A stretch of 63,947 bases of DNA, the filler included, from Octopus bimaculoides (Eukaryota), in assembly GCF_001194135.2 (NCBI RefSeq). It is 6 parts of 4 records of this genome, joined end to end, with 100 filler letters (N's around TTAATTAATTAA, not from the genome) between each part and the next. Parts side by side here need not be neighbours in the genome. Positions count along the whole stretch, not along the records: positions 61,615 to 63,947 come from NC_069010.1; 5 more parts are not named here. One strand, given 5' to 3'. A program made the position numbers and the translations under genes. Under the pieces are notes generated by a model. The model saw only the letters and a program-made list of their open reading frames with translations, was not told the DNA's origin and searched no databases. Positions 63,941 through 63,947 of the stretch are shown here, piece after piece (position 1 is the stretch's first letter; every line of letters starts with the position of its first letter).

Positions 63941-63947
63941 GAATATA

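Noticed and set aside
1-63947. CRISPR arrays, rRNA genes, intact tRNA genes
   Set aside because: None seen. The tandem repeats are simple microsatellites and the tRNA-like sequences are SINE heads or decayed.

Overview
AT-rich animal genomic DNA from a gapped draft assembly, with many N-runs and very dense microsatellites. The SINE families, Dong/R4 and Penelope content, and TTAATTAATTAA gap pads point to an octopus (coleoid cephalopod) genome; this is inference, not a database result. Almost all recognisable sequence is transposon-derived: a decayed Ty3/gypsy LTR element (30.3-35.0 kb), a DD34D mariner (41.4-44.1 kb), a DD37D maT-like element (47.2-48.4 kb), LINE fragments (CRE, Dong/R4, CR1-group, RTE), Penelope-like (PLE) remnants, a MITE and more than 20 tRNA-derived SINE copies. 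No host gene can be named; there is one unidentified two-exon candidate (55.5-56.4 kb) and a few isolated exon-like segments. Two systems stand out. (1) A 1.43-kb retroelement bounded by a 17-bp target-site duplication, encoding only a Tx1/L1-like ORF1 with a CCHC knuckle and no RT, nested in the mariner; a diverged relative lies at the window start. (2) Three unrelated head-to-head inverted repeats, each carrying a type I hammerhead ribozyme motif on both strands, with a self-complementary stem III and an unusually long stem II insert. Most long ORFs in the supplied track are microsatellite or N-gap artefacts. Boundaries of decayed elements are approximate and identities are by eye.
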